Source of the DNA: an uncultured bacterium
GTDB taxonomy: Bacteria > Verrucomicrobiota > Kiritimatiellia > CAIKKV01 > CAIJXV01
DNA length: 64,000 nt
Reading direction: 5' to 3'
Assembly (NCBI GenBank): GCA_903824675.1
Contig: CAIJXV010000116.1
Span: 111,379-175,378 of the forward strand
The first letter of the stretch is position 1. Each line of letters opens with the position of its first letter. A model generated the notes under the pieces. That model did no database searches and was not told the origin of the DNA. It saw only the letters and a program-made list of their open reading frames with translations. Below are positions 62,325 through 64,000 of the stretch, piece after piece. The position numbers were made by a program, and so were the translations under genes.

Positions 62325-63358
62325 ATTCGTGGCCCCGTGGGACGTTGCGTATTGGTCCGCCAGGGATTGGGACGCCGGGCCAGGCGGCCCGCCAAACGCA
62401 CGGCCATCAAGGCACTGCGCGCACTGGCAACTCCGCGTCCGGCGATGTCATAGGCCGTTCCGTGATCCGGCGAGGTTCGCACCAGGGGCAGGCCGAGCGT
62501 GATATTGATCCCTGAATCAAAGGCGAGCATCTTCAAAGGCCCCAACCCCTGATCGTGGTACATCGCCACCACGCCGCCGTATCGACCCCGCCGAGCCTGA
62601 TAAAAAAGAACATCCGCGGGAATCGGCCCAACCACTGAATATCCCGCCCGTTTCAAGCGACGGATGGCGGGTTCGATGACGGTTTGTTCCTCCCGCCCCA
62701 GTACCCCCTGGTCCCCGCCATGGGGATTCAAGGCCGCAACGGCAATCTCCTGCTTGCGGACCCCCATCCATTGCAAACCTTGGGATAACAGCACGGCCGC
62801 CTCTTCAATCGATTCACCCTTCAGACGCCGGGCAACCTCCGCCAGCGGGAGATGCCGGGTCGCCAAGACAACCCGCAGACCACCGCCCATAAGCAGCATA
62901 CCCACCTGACGGGCCCCCATCCAGTCGGCCAGCATTTCGGTGTGCCCGGGATAATCGACTCCGGCCCGATGCAGTCCGGCTTTGTTAATCGGTCCCGTAA
63001 CCATCCCGTGCAACTCGCCCGCCAACCCCGCCTGAACCGCCGCCCGGATCCAGGACACTGCCGCCCGTGCCCCTGCGGCGCGGCACTGACCCGGCAGGGG
63101 AAACGCATCCAATACCGGACCGGGATCCCATTGAACCACCGAAGCGCGGGCAAGGCCGGAACCCGGCTGCCAATCGGGAGGAAGGGGATGATGCAATCTT
63201 CGGCACCAGTGACGGATCAATAAAGGGGATCCGATCAAAACTCGAACCCAAGCTGGATTTAAGGTGGAATCAAAGGCCGCCTTAACCATGACTTCGGGGC
63301 CAATCCCCGCGGGATCCCCCAATGTCAGGCCCAGAACAATCCGGCCGACAGCGCTCAT
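62321..63358 (-). CDS. pdxA: 4-hydroxythreonine-4-phosphate dehydrogenase
   Basis: LGLTLGDPAGIGPEV N-terminus; GHTE motif; 4-nt overlap with rsmA. Confidence 0.85.
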   Translation of the reverse strand: MSAVGRIVLGLTLGDPAGIGPEVMVKAAFDSTLNPAWVRVLIGSPLLIRHWCRRLHHPLPPDWQPGSGLARASVVQWDPGPVLDAFPLPGQCRAAGARAAVSWIRAAVQAGLAGELHGMVTGPINKAGLHRAGVDYPGHTEMLADWMGARQVGMLLMGGGLRVVLATRHLPLAEVARRLKGESIEEAAVLLSQGLQWMGVRKQEIAVAALNPHGGDQGVLGREEQTVIEPAIRRLKRAGYSVVGPIPADVLFYQARRGRYGGVVAMYHDQGLGPLKMLAFDSGINITLGLPLVRTSPDHGTAYDIAGRGVASARSALMAVRLAGRLARRPNPWRTNTQRPTGPRI

Positions 63359-64000
63359 TTTACTTCTGCCTCGACAATCCGGACATTAAATTCGCGCTTC
63401 TGCCGTAGGATCCAAGCATCATATTGACGCACCGATTCCTGCCGGCGCAGGTCCCGCTCGATGTCAACCTGGGCTTCACTGAAGGGAACCACGGTCGCCT
63501 CGCGTCGCTCTAAAACCTTCAAAAGGTAAAAATCGGACCCGACTTCGACCAGGGGAGAGAGCGTCCCCACCGGCAGATCACGGATCGCAACCGCCAGTTC
63601 CGGCCGCAATTCATCCGGCGTCATCCAGCCCCAATCCCCTCCCTGCTCGGCCTTGCCATCCTCGGATACTTGCTTGGCCAGGGAAGAAAAATCGGATCCC
63701 TCCATGGCCCGACGCCGCGTCGATTCCGCCAATTCGCGCCGGACCGGCTTCTCCATATCGTTCGCTCCGGCAGCGATCCGAATCAGGGACAGGTGGATCT
63801 GCCCCGGAATCCGGTAAAGATCCGGATGGGAATCATACACCTCGCGGATGGCGGCGGGTGAAATGACCACCTTTTGATCGAGAATCATTTTGCGCATGGA
63901 GGTAATGATGATGTGCTCGCGGACCTGATTGCGCCATTCGTCATAGGACAGCTGTTCCCGGCGCAAGGCATCCATCAAAACGGCCCGGTCGTTATCGAAC
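63355..64000 (-). CDS. SurA-like chaperone/peptidyl-prolyl isomerase, 3' portion (gene continues past the window end)
   Basis: Open frame runs off the window; parvulin-like segment; conserved surA-pdxA-ksgA order. Confidence 0.6.
   Translation of the reverse strand, partial: FDNDRAVLMDALRREQLSYDEWRNQVREHIIITSMRKMILDQKVVISPAAIREVYDSHPDLYRIPGQIHLSLIRIAAGANDMEKPVRRELAESTRRRAMEGSDFSSLAKQVSEDGKAEQGGDWGWMTPDELRPELAVAIRDLPVGTLSPLVEVGSDFYLLKVLERREATVVPFSEAQVDIERDLRRQESVRQYDAWILRQKREFNVRIVEAEVK

Overview
This is a 64-kb, GC-rich (roughly 58-60% by eye, not computed) bacterial chromosomal segment. The gene content (several sulfatase and glycoside-hydrolase genes, a FixAB-type ETF, heparinase-like and GH51 enzymes) fits an anaerobic glycan degrader, possibly from the PVC superphylum (Planctomycetes-Verrucomicrobia-Chlamydiae); that lineage guess is low confidence.

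Layout, left to right:
- A DEAD-box helicase.
- Three tandem secreted DUF4139-like paralogs abutting an IS110-family insertion.
- A small regulatory patch: NarL-type response regulator, tatA, a sigma-70 region-2-only mini protein, trmB.
- A hybrid histidine kinase.
- A co-directional five-gene sulfated-glycan degradation operon (oxidoreductase, sulfatase, GH51, heparinase II/III-like, GH42-like).
- A ferredoxin-fused etfBA pair.
- An apparently lower-GC islet with a BrnT/BrnA toxin-antitoxin pair and secreted proteins.
- A flotillin/NfeD operon.
- An 840-aa trypsin-like protease fused to near-identical tandem FG-GAP-like repeats.
- rsgA, followed by large secreted hydrolase-like proteins.
- A long conserved housekeeping array: pyrH-frr, trxA, yraN-rnhB-rplS-trmD-KH-rpsP-ffh-clpC-rsmE-dnaJ-grpE, preceded by a STAS/GAF-PP2C partner-switching pair, then ppiase-tsaB, a tRNA-Asp, and ksgA-pdxA-surA.

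No CRISPR array or rRNA was seen. I found no single obviously novel system. The most unusual signals are the protease/beta-propeller repeat fusion next to the flotillin module, a 29-bp perfect palindrome, a CGGYTAACCG motif array upstream of etfBA, the STAS/PP2C pair coupled to grpE-dnaJ-clpC, the sigma-region-2 mini protein, and the low-GC toxin-antitoxin islet.
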